Positions 1 through 12,826 of a stretch of DNA of 33,011 nucleotides are shown here, piece after piece. This DNA comes from Eremomyces bilateralis CBS 781.70. Its lineage: Eukaryota. Made by a program: the position numbers and the translations under genes. How positions within the stretch are numbered: position 1 is the first letter of the stretch; the number at the start of each line of letters is the position of its first letter. Below the pieces are notes generated by a model, which was given only the letters and a program-made list of their open reading frames with translations, ran no database searches and had not been told where the DNA came from. The DNA is taken from assembly GCA_010015585.1 (NCBI GenBank), contig ML975149.1. One strand, given 5' to 3'.

Positions 1-803
1 GTCTTGGTGCTGTATATGATACCAAACGTCGGCTCCCGATACTCGTGCAAGAACACCAGGTGAACGGGGTTTAATAGTGACGCGTCAATTGCCGTCAACG
101 GCAGGACAAACGAAGCCATATATGGGGTCGGGTTCTCCTCAGTCGTAACACCGTTGGTCATCGCTTTCGAAGGCGACCCCATCGGCTCGTCCATATCCGG
201 ATCATAGTCCTCATCCACCAGATCATCTCCCGCCTGCCGAAACGGAAGGATCGCCAAATTCCGCACCCCAAACTTCAGCGCTGCGCATCGACTACTGGGA
301 TCCACGGCCAAAACCGCACTGCACAGGCCGATCTCTGGCAAACTAGGGTTAGAGTAGACCCCCTCGCCTTCGTAGAAGTGAATGGAGATGGTCGATATCG
401 AATGGATCTCCGGATCCCATTCCACCAGACTCAGCTTCGCGTCCCGGAATGCGATCAACAGCGCCTCGCCACCGGATTTCGTCGCCGTGAGCTTGACACG
501 GGAAATCGCGGTCACGGTGCCCGCGAGCACGTACTCTCCGCGAAGCGACAATTTGGTGGTGTTCTCCGTCCGCTCCAAGGCGATCTCGGGGCCGCCGAAG
601 CCGTCATCCATGGCATCTTGGGGTGCGGGCTCCTCATCATCGCGATCGGGGCGCTCGACCTCGGTGACTATGGTCTTGAGCTCATAGATCTGGAGGATGT
701 TCGTGCGGACGACGGCGAGGTTGACGGTTTTCGGGGAGAGGAATGGGAGGGAGACGGAGTGGGTAACGGCGGTTGCGGGGGTGAGTTCGGTGTAGCACTG
801 CAT
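1..803 (-). CDS. cft1: Cleavage and polyadenylation specificity factor subunit 1 (Cft1/CPSF160), 5' part; continues beyond window start
   Basis: Manual minus-strand translation from ATG 803 is open to base 1: MQCYTELTPATAVTHSVSLPFLS...ALLIAFRDAKLSLVEWDP...STISIHFYE...AVDPSSRCAALKFG...FLHEYREPTFGI, the recognisable Cft1 N-terminal propeller. Missing from the ORF track because there is no stop in the window. Confidence 0.93.
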   Translation of the reverse strand, partial: MQCYTELTPATAVTHSVSLPFLSPKTVNLAVVRTNILQIYELKTIVTEVERPDRDDEEPAPQDAMDDGFGGPEIALERTENTTKLSLRGEYVLAGTVTAISRVKLTATKSGGEALLIAFRDAKLSLVEWDPEIHSISTISIHFYEGEGVYSNPSLPEIGLCSAVLAVDPSSRCAALKFGVRNLAILPFRQAGDDLVDEDYDPDMDEPMGSPSKAMTNGVTTEENPTPYMASFVLPLTAIDASLLNPVHLVFLHEYREPTFGIIYSTK

Positions 804-1043
804 GGTTTGGGAAACTTGCAGTTATCATCGTAGGGGTATCGTTTCGGAGATCATTCTGGACCTGATGTCAGGGTGGCTGTCCAATTGTGCCTTGAACTTT
901 TCGAGAATATAGAGCACGTCGCGTTGACACGTGCAGGGCAGCAAGGGATTTAGGGATTTGATATTCAAGAGCTTGGGCCAATGGGAGCTGCAAGCCACAG
1001 CCAGAGCTTCGAGGCGCTAAGGCTGTAAGTCTCTGTCTACTGT

Positions 1044-1069
1044 TGTAAGGCTGTAAGGCTGTAAGGCTG
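1044..1069. repeat. Tandem 8-mer (TGTAAGGC)x3, plus a partial copy at 1018-1029, in the cft1/LMBR1 divergent promoter
   Basis: Read directly: tgtaaggc tgtaaggc tgtaaggc tg. Confidence 0.8.
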
Positions 1070-1343
1070 AATACCTCAGTGTTTCAACTCCATGTCGTCA
1101 CTCCTACACATGGATCGACGCTGGACAGGAATAACATGGCAGCTCCAACTTGGGGTCATGCCTGTTCTCTCGTTTTCTGAGCCTTCTCGTTTACATTTCC
1201 AATTGTCATTTATATCCTGTTGAGTATCGACGTCGAGAATCCCCAGGGGCATCAAAGATAGCCAAACCCTCTGTATGACCAGCATCCCACCTTTCCGTCC
1301 ACTACCCCAACTTGCTGATACGAACCATAGCATTGCTCTCAAG

Positions 1344-3206
1344 ATGGCGCTTATCCAAACCAGTCTCATCTGGGTGGCATACGCTGTCGCGATAGCCATA
1401 CTCCTGGCAATTGCGTCCGTCTTCGTTTTCACATATCAAGCGCCGCGTGAGCGGGCCGCATCGATTACCGTCATCTCCATTTTTACGACCAGCGCGCTGC
1501 TTGCAACCGTCCTCCTTCTTCCGGTGGATGTCGCGCTTGTATCCGCGACGAATCGCTCGAAATATGGCATAAAGAAGGACTGGGCAACACCAGATACCGT
1601 GGAACATATATTGTACACACTAAAAATCGTGTACTACACTTTGTATTCCCTAGATGCCATCCTCTGCCTGCTGGTTGTGCCGTTTACGTATTTCTATTTC
1701 GAAGAATACGACGATGACGCCGCCGAAGATGGCTCGCAGACCGTCGCCCAGCGGATATTCGGGGCCCTAAAATACACCTTCTTCTTCCTCGTTCTCGTCG
1801 TCCTCCTCTTCCTCGTTGGCTTCTTTGTCCCCTTCGCCAAAGGCATCAAGCACGGCGATCACTCTACCAACCTCGACTACTTCAAGAAGCTCCTCTCCGA
1901 AAACCATGGCGAACGCGCCCTCACCTTCACCCTCGGCCTCCTCATCACCCTCGGCACCCTCATCTACGTCCTCTATACCGCCGCCGGCCTCGCTCTCCTT
2001 CCCGTCTCCCTCATCAAGTCCGCCCCCGCCGTCTCCGCCCCCTCCCTCGCTCAATCTACCGCCTCCCACCTTGACGCCAACCGCGAACGCCAGCGCCAAC
2101 TCGAGCGCCGCAATGAAGGCCGCGAAGGGGGACTGGATAGCCGGGATCGGCGCGAGCTCGAGTCGCTGATCCGTGAGGAGCGGACGCTCGTGCGGCGCGA
2201 GCGGTTGGCGGCGGAGGCGAGCGGGGAGCACCGCAGCTGGTTGGTGAAGGCGTGGAATAAGCTCGAAGCCATCTTCCGGCCAGTAAAGTTGGTGGGGGGG
2301 ATTCTTCTGATGGGGGTGGCGTTGCTGATTTGGACATCGATGCTGATCACCGGGATCGACAAGGCGAAGAACAGCGTGTGCGGGGCGCACTGCGGGTATA
2401 TCCTGGGGCACATCAACATCTTCCAGCCGATCAATTGGGTCCTGGTGCAGTCATCCAAGGTCTTCCCGATCGACTACGTCCTCTTCCTCCTCCTCGTCCT
2501 CTTCTTCTTCAGCGCCTCCGTCGTCGGGCTCGCTGCCGCGGGCATCCGCTTCCTCTGGGTCGTCATCTTCCAGATCCGCAAAGGCCACACCCGGCCCCAG
2601 GCGCTGCTGATGGCCACCGTGATGCTCACGCTGATCGTGCTGGCAATCAACTACTCGGTCGCCATGCTCGTCGCCCCGCAGTATGCCACGTTCGGCCCGC
2701 AGACCTACTGTGACCTCGCGCCGCGCCATCCAGGTGAGCAGCCCGATTGCTCGCACGATCGTGCGGCTATTAGGGCGTGCTCGGAGCTCGCGGAGAATCC
2801 AGTCGCGAGGGATATCTGCACGCCGAGCGTGGCGAGCACATTCATTAATCGGGTGACGGCGAATTTCCCGTTCTTCGGTGTGGTGGACTTTTGGGCGCAG
2901 TTCGTCTTCCTTGGTAAGTAATTCTCGTGGCTAAGCTCCACTGACATGGCTGTGGCTTCATGCTGATTTCTCACAGGCGTCTATCTCATCGTCTTCGTGA
3001 CGACGCTCTTCCGCACCCCGAAGCTCGACTACGAGCAATTGGATGCGGATCTTGTGGAGGAGGAAGAGGAGGGATTGCTTGCGAGCACGGGACGGAGGTT
3101 CAACGCTACCTGGCAAGATATCGCCGGGCGCGCGAGGAAGCCGAACGCGAACTACGGTGCCACGACGAACGGCGAAGGTGAAGGCCACGCTGCGGACGGA
3201 GAGTGA
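1344..3206 (+). CDS. LMBR1-family multi-pass membrane protein (probable lysosomal/vacuolar cobalamin transporter LMBD1 homolog), ~599 aa; exons 1344-2913, 2977-3206
   Basis: [15 protein letters not shown] start in strong context (caagATGg), many hydrophobic helices, motifs [21 protein letters not shown] and FPIDY. Intron 2914-2976 (GTAAGT...GCTGAT...CAG) joins FVFLG to [15 protein letters not shown]. An in-frame upstream ATG exists at 1275 in weaker context. Confidence 0.88.
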
Positions 3207-3494
3207 ACTATCCGATCCAAATTGCACGCTTCAATCTGACTAGTCTGATATACCCTGTTTGGCGTTTTGGCCTGGTTTGTAAAAATACATGATGGAAAGG
3301 GAAAAGTGGTCTGGCGTTCATCGAAAGCAATTTCTTATCATTATCCTTTCCTCCTTCGTCAAGCAATCTTAATGACATGAATTTTCACATATCTTTCGTG
3401 TACCTATAACATGGTGAGCTCAACAAACGCCATCCCCTCCCTTCACCAGAACAGGTCTCGCTCTGTAGCTCGTAATACCGAAAACACGAACCCC

Positions 3495-3895
3495 TTATCG
3501 CCCCGTCATCGGTCGTGTCCCCTCATCCACCTTCTCTCCGACCAAATCCCCCAACGGATTCCTCACCGCCCCACCGGACGCCTTCCCCAACCCCTTCTTC
3601 AGATCCTTCACACTCTGCTGATCTGCCTCGGGGAGCTTATCGATTTGATCTATTGAGATATCAGTCATCTATCCATCGATCTCATGAAAGTCGGGAGGAA
3701 TGAGGGTGATCGGGGGGTGATTAGAAAGGGAGGGCAGGGGGAGTTACCGTTGAGCATGTACGAGGCCTTGTTCTGCCCCATGGTTTTAAGAGCGGCGCGC
3801 TCGAGTTTGCGCTTTAGTTCGGCGGGGATGCCGAAGAAGTATATGGTGAGGCCGAGGAGGGTGAGGATAGCGGCGAGGGCGGTGGTGAAGTGCAT
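3495..3895 (-). CDS. Small (~100 aa) uncharacterised protein with an N-terminal transmembrane/signal anchor; exons 3895-3748, 3649-3495
   Basis: MHFTTALAAILTLLGLTIYFFGIPAELKRKLERAALKTMGQNKASYMLN, intron 3650-3747 (GTAACT...CTGAT...TAG), then DQIDKLPEADQQSVKDLKKGLGKASGGAVRNPLGDLVGEKVDEGTRPMTGR*. Total 303 nt. Confidence 0.78.
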
Positions 3896-5330
3896 CTTGG
3901 CTCTTGATGGGCTTGGAGGAGTGGATTCAGTGACTAGGTGGGAAGGTTGGCGTTGGGTTGACTGCTGATTGATTGTTTGAGGTTGGGAGATGTGAGAAGA
4001 GGACGTCTGGGTTTCAGTGGGATTATGTCTCTCCCAGTGGTTCTATTTACGTGGTCGGAATATTTATCAGTTCATGTTGGGCGGGTTGATGGAGATTGTT
4101 TCCATGACGTAGTGTGTTCCGCAACAAGGGAAGGAACTTGATTCTGTTTCCATCGGAACGGTCCTCACAGTTTCTACCATGGTTATATCCTTACTATGAT
4201 ATGATATGATGGCGGCGGTATCAATTCTTTGCCTTTAATTATATGAATAGTTGCTGTGGACGAGTTTCAAGAATGCGTCCAGCAACTTCAAATACTAGAA
4301 GATCTGTATAGGACCCACATCTAACTCGACTAATTCCATGTCTCGTCTGCGTGAATCACTCCAGCCAATCAACCACACACACATGAAAGTCAAGTCTCGC
4401 AAAACAAGAGCGTCGCGATGGATCAGCCTAGCGATGCGCCTTCGAGCTTGGATGGAGGCCTAGAAGCTTGCACAAGCTTGGTCTCCTCCTCGCCAATTGA
4501 CTCGACTGCTCCTCGCTCAACATAGCGGAAGGATGGGGGTGGGATGAGGGTTCAGGCAGGCATGGACTGGTGGCTGTGCAAACAATTAACCATCCGGGTT
4601 TTCCGTCGAATTTCGGATTGGTCCATGGAAAGAAATGGAGAGTTGAACGGACGTGGTGCTGTCCTTCGTGGTTATCACGATGAAGAGGCATGAATTGTGG
4701 CTTTTGGACTTTGCAGGAGACCGCTCCGATTCAATTGTCAGGGTCAAAGGTTTCACGATATTCCGACATTCCTAGTGACTTGGATGGGCAGATGAGTATG
4801 GTAACATTGTGTCTCAGCACTCTCAAGCCAATACTGAAGCCTGGAATGAGGTCGCCGGCCTGGTACTGTGACCGTATATTAGGTTGGCCTCGGGCCCGCC
4901 ATCCTCATCTTCCAACCTACTGCCACCGTACTCAAAGCACGAGTGATCCCTCAATCTCAAGTCTCAACAAACCAATTTCTATCACAAGCGCTCCACAAGG
5001 CTGCGTACTCCAAAGTCCAAACCCCTGAACCTGGAGGCATCTAGCGGCGGGCCGATAGCTGAGGAGCGCCCCCCCAAAAGCGAGACTAAGTAACTCAGCC
5101 GCTCGCCGTCGCTAAACTGCAAGTCAGCAAGCAGGACAGTCGGAGGATTTGAAGTCCAGCTAGCTTAAAAGCTTCGCAGACTTGATCTTGCATTTTTAAT
5201 TTTTATATCTACATCAACCAAATATCCTATTACCCGTTCGATTTATCGGTCCAATTGCCCTTAGTACATCCAGTACCCCAGACCCTTCTTGGTTTCGCAC
5301 GGGTTGCGTGGACCAGACCAGTTGATCAAG

Positions 5331-5404
5331 GTATGTACCCTTCCCCGCGTCCCAGCCAGCCCCTCCAAACGCAAGAATACGAACCTGATAAAGACTTAAG
5401 ACAG
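5331..5404 (+). other. Possible 5'-UTR intron of the CaM kinase gene
   Basis: Consensus donor AAG|GTATGT at 5331, branch-like CCTGAT and CAG at 5404, about 120 nt upstream of the ATG. No transcript evidence. Confidence 0.35.
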
Positions 5405-5523
5405 GCCATCGCCGCCTCAAGTTCCTCGACGTTGTTCTCGAACGGTCCTTTACTCGAGGGAAGATTCTCATCGAGATTGGGAGGATTGGGACTTCGCTTT
5501 AAAAGAAACCCGGCTTCTACATT

Positions 5524-7047
<1,524 letters not shown>

Positions 7048-8300
7048 GGGGATGGGGCGATACTAGGAGGGACGGATACTCTTTCGGGATTGGGTTATTT
7101 AGTTGGTGGGTGTGGGATGGGATGGGATGGTTAGATATGATATGATATGGTGAAGTCATGTTGGAAGAGCGGTGGGCTGGAAAATTGGTGCCCTCTACCT
7201 CAGGATCAAGGGGCTCACATTGTCATGTTGTTCATTGCCCATGCGCTACTAGTATAGCAGTATTACATCTGCTCGAATTCTTCGTCCTCTTGTACTCCGC
7301 TATGTCCGAGCGAGCTCCAAAAATGCAGATTCTGGCGCGTCGATTCAATCGTTACAGCCGGCTTTCCCGACCCTCGCTCATACCAGTTCCAATTCACCCT
7401 CAAGAAAATCCAACATTTCCAGATCCCTATCGCAAATCCCCTGCCCAATATGCCGATACATTCTCTGACCCGACGCGGGCTTTCCGTGATCTTGCTCCAC
7501 GACAAGGAGCATCGCCGACGTCCTGGTACTCTGCCTGGACGCCGCCGTTACCTTCTTCCCCAGTAGACAGAGCGGAACTTCGTGGATGGTTCTTGAGCGC
7601 TCCAGATTGAATACGACATACGATTTCCGGGTTACCTTTCGGTCGTACGACCATTTCAGGACATACTTTGCTTAGAAGAGCTGCTGAGTGGGCCTCAGTA
7701 ATGGCTAAGAGTTGTGTATCTGATAGGGTTCGTTTTCAGTGACGCCCATTCGACCAGCTTGAGAGCACCGTTACTGATGTCGAGAAGACGTGGTGACAAT
7801 CGAAGCGGCCCATTTTCCTCCTTACACTTGGTATTGATCCTCGTATATTCGTAAGCAGTGGTGATGATAGGAAACCTGTCAGGGAAATGAGGCGGCGCTG
7901 TGTATTTGAACCTCCATATCGACTGTACTATAGTATCAGAGGAAACAGGCCAAGAAACCTGCTCCCATTTCAGTATGATTCGGTGCTTGAAACAAACCGG
8001 AATTGATTGGGAACTTCCAAGAACGCTTCGTGAAGCTGTGCAGAACCCCAGAGAACACCCATTCTATAATCTGGCCATCGGTATCAAAGTCAGAACTGGT
8101 AGCCTATACCCCGTGGACTTGCCCTATACCGGACTTCTACCCCATACCGTATACTACTGCGGTCGAAGTCGTTAATAACGCATTCTTGCTCTGATTTTCG
8201 ACAGCAAAAGCAGAATATGAATGAGACCCAGAGCTTCGCCGCGATTGGTCGACTATATTCAACGCCAGGGGTCAAGCCGTGATGCAAGCCACACTTCAAA

Positions 8301-8310
8301 ATCACGTGAT
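8301..8310. promoter_or_regulatory. Palindromic bHLH E-box ATCACGTGAT (Cbf1/SREBP-type) ~165 bp upstream of the bromodomain gene
   Basis: Perfect 10-bp palindrome containing CACGTG at a promoter-like distance from ATG 8475. Confidence 0.4.
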
Positions 8311-8474
8311 CCGTACGTTCACGACCGCCAACGACGTTCGTTATGAAGCCAGGCACTTGAAATCGCATCCTTAGCACTTTGACATACTCGACCTCTCTCT
8401 CTTCTCATTCAATCGAACCGCAATCTCTCAAATATCCTTGAGACGTGGTTGCGACGCGCGACGGCGCGTCCACT

Positions 8475-11172
8475 ATGAACGGTGACCTGAAGCGCAAGGT
8501 TGACGAAGCTACCGCAATGGACCGTCCATCGAAGCGAGCAAGACTTTCGGTGAGTGCATTCACAAATTATGATAGGCGATGAGACAAAGCGGCGATGCTT
8601 CACCGATGCTATAGCTGTTTCGGGGTTCCTTTGACGTCTCCAGATCGCGGAGCGGAACTTTCGCGACAGCTCCCCCTTCAAGAGACCTTGATGCTGCAAC
8701 GACTTCCACAGTACGAGTGGATTACCACCCTGCTTGGAAATTGTACTTGCAATCGAGGATACGTCGAGTATTATGTACTGGGTTGTACCAAAGGCTAACT
8801 TTATTGCGACATGTAGGATTCGGCCGATGGCCCAGAGACCGTCCAGGGCACCACCGAACGGGGCCTGCAGTTCATCGATATGATGAGGAACGCGAGGGAC
8901 AAGACGTAAGTAGAGATAAAAGAAAGCAAGCTTGAACAGATGGGGTACTAATTATTCGCGCAGAGGGCGACCGATTTCCACGATCTTCCTGACCCTCCCT
9001 GACCGAGAGGTACGCGGACTGACGATGACTGAAGACGAAGCGGGACATTGATTTGCGGTATAGGACTCTCAAGAAGCAAAAGATGGATACTATAAGCAGA
9101 CTTTATTGCCCCTGGCGTTTGATACAATCGAGGTGAGAATTCTTGACCGTTGATATGGATCACCATGCATAGCAAGAGGTGCATGCGAACGGAGTCAAAA
9201 CAGACGCTGAGACGCTGGTATAGGTCAAATTGCAACAAAACTCGTACCGGAACATGACCGAGTTTGAGAGCGATGTGAAGCGGATGATTCTCAACGCAAA
9301 AGCTTTCTACCACAAGGCCTCCCTTCAGTACGCGGATGCGGAACGAGTGCGCAAGACTGCGTCAAATTTCATGACGAGGTACAACCCGGCATATCGCTCT
9401 GGGAATTATGTAGCTCAGGCCACACCTATTCCCGATTCAATCCTCGCCGCTGTGAACTCGCTCGGCGCACCGCAAGCTCCGCTAACACCCACGCCCACAC
9501 CTTCGCAAGCTCCCCAACAACAAACCGTTTCACCTGCACCACCAAAACAAACGAACGGTGTGAAATCAGAAACACCTGCAGAAACACCCGCAGAGGTTGA
9601 TGAAACTCCCGACGCGGACCAGACAGCAGCTGAGGACATGAGAACCAGAAGTATGTCTGCCTCGCGCCCAGAAGAGAGGGCTCATGAGCGAGATGCGTCG
9701 GGGAAGCTCAATTTCGCTGGAATGACGTTCCAGCGTGCGCAGGAAATGATTATGGACGAAATCCTTCATTATGAAGAACCCGAGTGAGTTACAAGTATAC
9801 GATGACTGCCAATGCAATTACTCAATGATTATCAACAGGAGTGGATTGGCCATCTACACGCCTTTCGTCAACCTCCCAAGCCGCCAACTTGTGGACTATT
9901 ATCAATTGATCAAGACTCCGATCTCATTGAAAGGGGTCCAGAAGAAAGTCAAGGGGATTCAGGGTCGTACCACGGCTACGGGAAAGACTCTCCTCCCTAC
10001 TTGGGATGCCTTCGAGACTGAGATGAGTCACATCTGGAAGAATGCCCGCGCGTACAATGAGGACGGCAGTGATCTCTACAACCTTGCTGGAGAACTTGAG
10101 GTGGGTCCACAGTTCAAGATTGATCAGTGGAATGAATTGACACATCATAGAAACATTTCCGCGGTCTTCTCGATGAAGCGAAGCTGCAGGTCGAAGGTCC
10201 CAGTGTGAAGCTCAAGCTCAACGCCCCTGCCAAGACGTCTCTCAAACTCCGCCTTGGTGGAGCGAAGGCGAGCCCTGGTCCTCGAACCAAGTCTGAGACT
10301 CCTGGATCTAGTGGAGAAGCCTCGAAATCTGCTCCTCAGGCCCCTGCTGTCGATCCTATTCTCGAACGTCTGCAGTCATCCATCCAAAACCCACCAGATG
10401 ATTCACCATCGGCGAGGGACATCGCTCCTGACACTGGCTTGACGGTCTTTTCCCGTCCCACCGTCCCGTCTTCCAGTGATGCCGCGGGCCAACCCACCCC
10501 GCCGGTGCCAGGTTTCTTCGCCGATCCGAGCCAGCCCGTTGCGAATCCAGAAGGGCGTTTCCCGGCTCCTTCATTGCCTATCATGCCCCCCATGGATCCA
10601 TATGCGGAATTCGGGTTCCCGCGCATCGATACTTCTGGCCGTGAGATCTTCCGCAAGACTGACTCGCAAGGCAAACGTAAGTCTCTCCCGCCGTTGTACC
10701 GTCATGCTATTCTAACGTCCGCGTAGCCCTCGTCCGTCCCATAATGCCTGAGATCCTCTTCTCCGTCCACCCCCACCTTCACCTCGAGGACCCCTGGATC
10801 GTCTCGACGAAGCCCGATCCGCACAAGCGCGAATACTACCACTCGATCCAAGCCGATCCGCTCGAGCATTTCTGGCACATCCGTCCCCACCTACCGACGT
10901 TCCGCAACAACCCCAACTCCCGGATCTTGGTCACAGTGAACAACGTGCGCCTGCAGGAAGTCGATGCGCCGGGATGCCAGCCTGGGAACCGCGATCCCGA
11001 GTACCCATGGTTCGAGACACGGCTGATCCCCGGGATTTGTAATCGGATCGAAGTGGAAGCGTTGCAAGGGCCGGTGCATATCAAGCCCATGCAGGCGACT
11101 CCGTTCGAGCAGCTGGAGTGGGAGAGGTCCTACCTCTTTATTCACCTGTTGAGGCATCCCCATACTTATTGA
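8475..11172 (+). CDS. Tandem bromodomain protein, Rsc4/polybromo-like chromatin remodelling subunit, ~690 aa; exons 8475-8549, 8817-8905, 8964-9009, 9064-9132, 9224-9783, 9839-10100, 10151-10676, 10727-11172
   Basis: BD1: FLTLPDR...YYKQTLLPLAFDTIEVKLQQNSYRNMTEFESDVKRMILNAKAFY. BD2: PFVNLPSRQLVDYYQLIKTPISL...FETEMSHIWKNARAYNEDGSDLY. Seven GT-AG introns give one continuous 2073-nt frame. No BAH domain seen. Confidence 0.82.
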
Positions 11173-11568
11173 CGGATCGAGAGTGGTTCCGTTTGCATCC
11201 TGGTCTGGCCTTTTTGCGCATCAGCCGTGGAACGACATGGTATCAAAGGGATCGGCAAGGAATTCCGGTTTTTATTTTCGCTTGCGTTTCTCTATGAGTC
11301 GGATCCAATGCTCCATTAGCGCCGTTAGTACCGCGAGGCGTTCAATTGTCCGCCAAAACCCGGAAAGCGTGTAGCTGATGACCGAGGCGGTCATACCATC
11401 ATTAGGGCTTTTCATAAAGTCCCTCTGAAATGCCTACCAATGATAGGCACGGATAACGTGAGTTTCATGTATAATTAGCCTCGAGAATATCAGAACAGTC
11501 CATTCAAAGTTGAACAACTCCTCACACTTTTCATTATTCTGTCCGCCTTCCCCGATGTCAACGCCACC

Positions 11569-12407
11569 TTACAGAACTATCTCTTCCAACGCTTTCCTAC
11601 ACAGCTCCTGATACCTCGTCGCCGAAAACCGCCTCCTCGTCGCCCACCGTCGCATCCGTTCGTCCCTCTCCTCCCACACCGCCTCCTTCCCCTGCTCCAC
11701 TTCAAGCATATGGGATCGATGTGACAGCCGCTTCGTCCGTGCCTTCGGCGCCGACTCCCTCTCCATCTCCCCTAATCGCCCCTCCTCCACCCTCTCCAAC
11801 TTCCTCGCCTCCACCCGCTCCCTCATCAAATGAATCCGATGCGCATGATCCCGCAACGTCTGCATGAACGCGTCCAAATGATACGGATACGCTGCGAACG
11901 AATCGAACCACATCTCCTCATCTTGCAGATTCCCATCTCCCCGACCTATAAAGTCCAGCTCCTCCATTCCGTGCCTGCAATTCTCGCCAGACGCGTTGAA
12001 GTATCCCGCCGAACCCTCTCGCCCCCGCTCCACGCACGCCAACGCCGCTACAAAATGCTGCTCGGCCATCTCGAGCATGGGTATGAGGAGGTTGGAGGTC
12101 GTGGCGAGGCTGTGGGCGATAGATTCGTAGGAGAGGCCGGCGTAGAAGCAGAGGCTGGTGCGGAAGAGGGGGTGGGCCTGGATCGCGGGTCAGCTGTTTA
12201 GTTCGGCGGTGCGTTTGAGGGGGATTGGGGGTGTACGTTGCCACTCATTTCGGAGAGGAGACGCTTGGATTCGGAGGCGCAGTGTTTGTAGAGGCCTTTT
12301 AGGAAGTGGGTTCGGAGGTCGCGGATTGTGGGGGTCCAGGGTTGAGGCATTATGTGGCGACTGGTTTTTGGGTGTTTATTATGGAAGGGAAAATGCAAGC
12401 AGGGCAT
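11569..12407 (-). CDS. Hypothetical protein, ~259 aa; exons 12407-12237, 12177-11569
   Basis: Intron 12178-12236 (GTACAC...GCTGAC...CAG) joins ...SEMSGN to AHPLFRTSLCFYAGLSYE..., in frame with the 169-aa ORF that ends RRRFSATRYQELCRKALEEIVL. Start could be a downstream ATG. Confidence 0.68.
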
Positions 12408-12826
12408 GCTGAACGACTGTCATGAGGATATGACACTAAGGTTGTTTACGATGCGATTATCCGTGGAAGCTTGCATCAAGTGGATGATGAGAGACAGCGG
12501 AAAGCGGGTAAAGTGGGATAAGCAACGGGACAGACTTTGAAGCACGCAGTCTTCCGCAGATCAAGGAAGTGTGAATGCATATGAACGAACAAACTGGGGC
12601 GGATAGGAGATTCAGCAATGACGATGGCTCGCGGAATGCACAGGTCCTGGCGATGGATATCGACATCATGTCGAAGTCTCAGAGTACGACTGCATCCGTA
12701 CAAGCATAGGCACGACGTTGTGAATAGATTAAGTCAAAATAGAACCTTCAATATTCTACATTGCGAAAATCGCTTCTAGCTCTTTTGAACAAAGTACATG
12801 GAGTGGCAGGGTCAGACCTGTATGAT

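Noticed and set aside
378..833. Plus-strand ORFs of 151 and 101 aa
   Set aside because: Antisense shadows of cft1, which is on the minus strand.
944..959. AGGGATTT duplication containing TTAGGG (telomere-like, or a second footprint)
   Set aside because: Only one TTAGGG; lacks the double junction transversion and the nTnnnnAn pattern.
1767..2411. 214-aa antisense ORF and other long overlapping ORFs in the LMBR1 gene
   Set aside because: Shadow frames produced by high GC at third codon positions; low-complexity translations.
4194..4210. (TATGA)n microsatellite, also near 7134-7149
   Set aside because: Short simple repeats of about three units with no sign of function.
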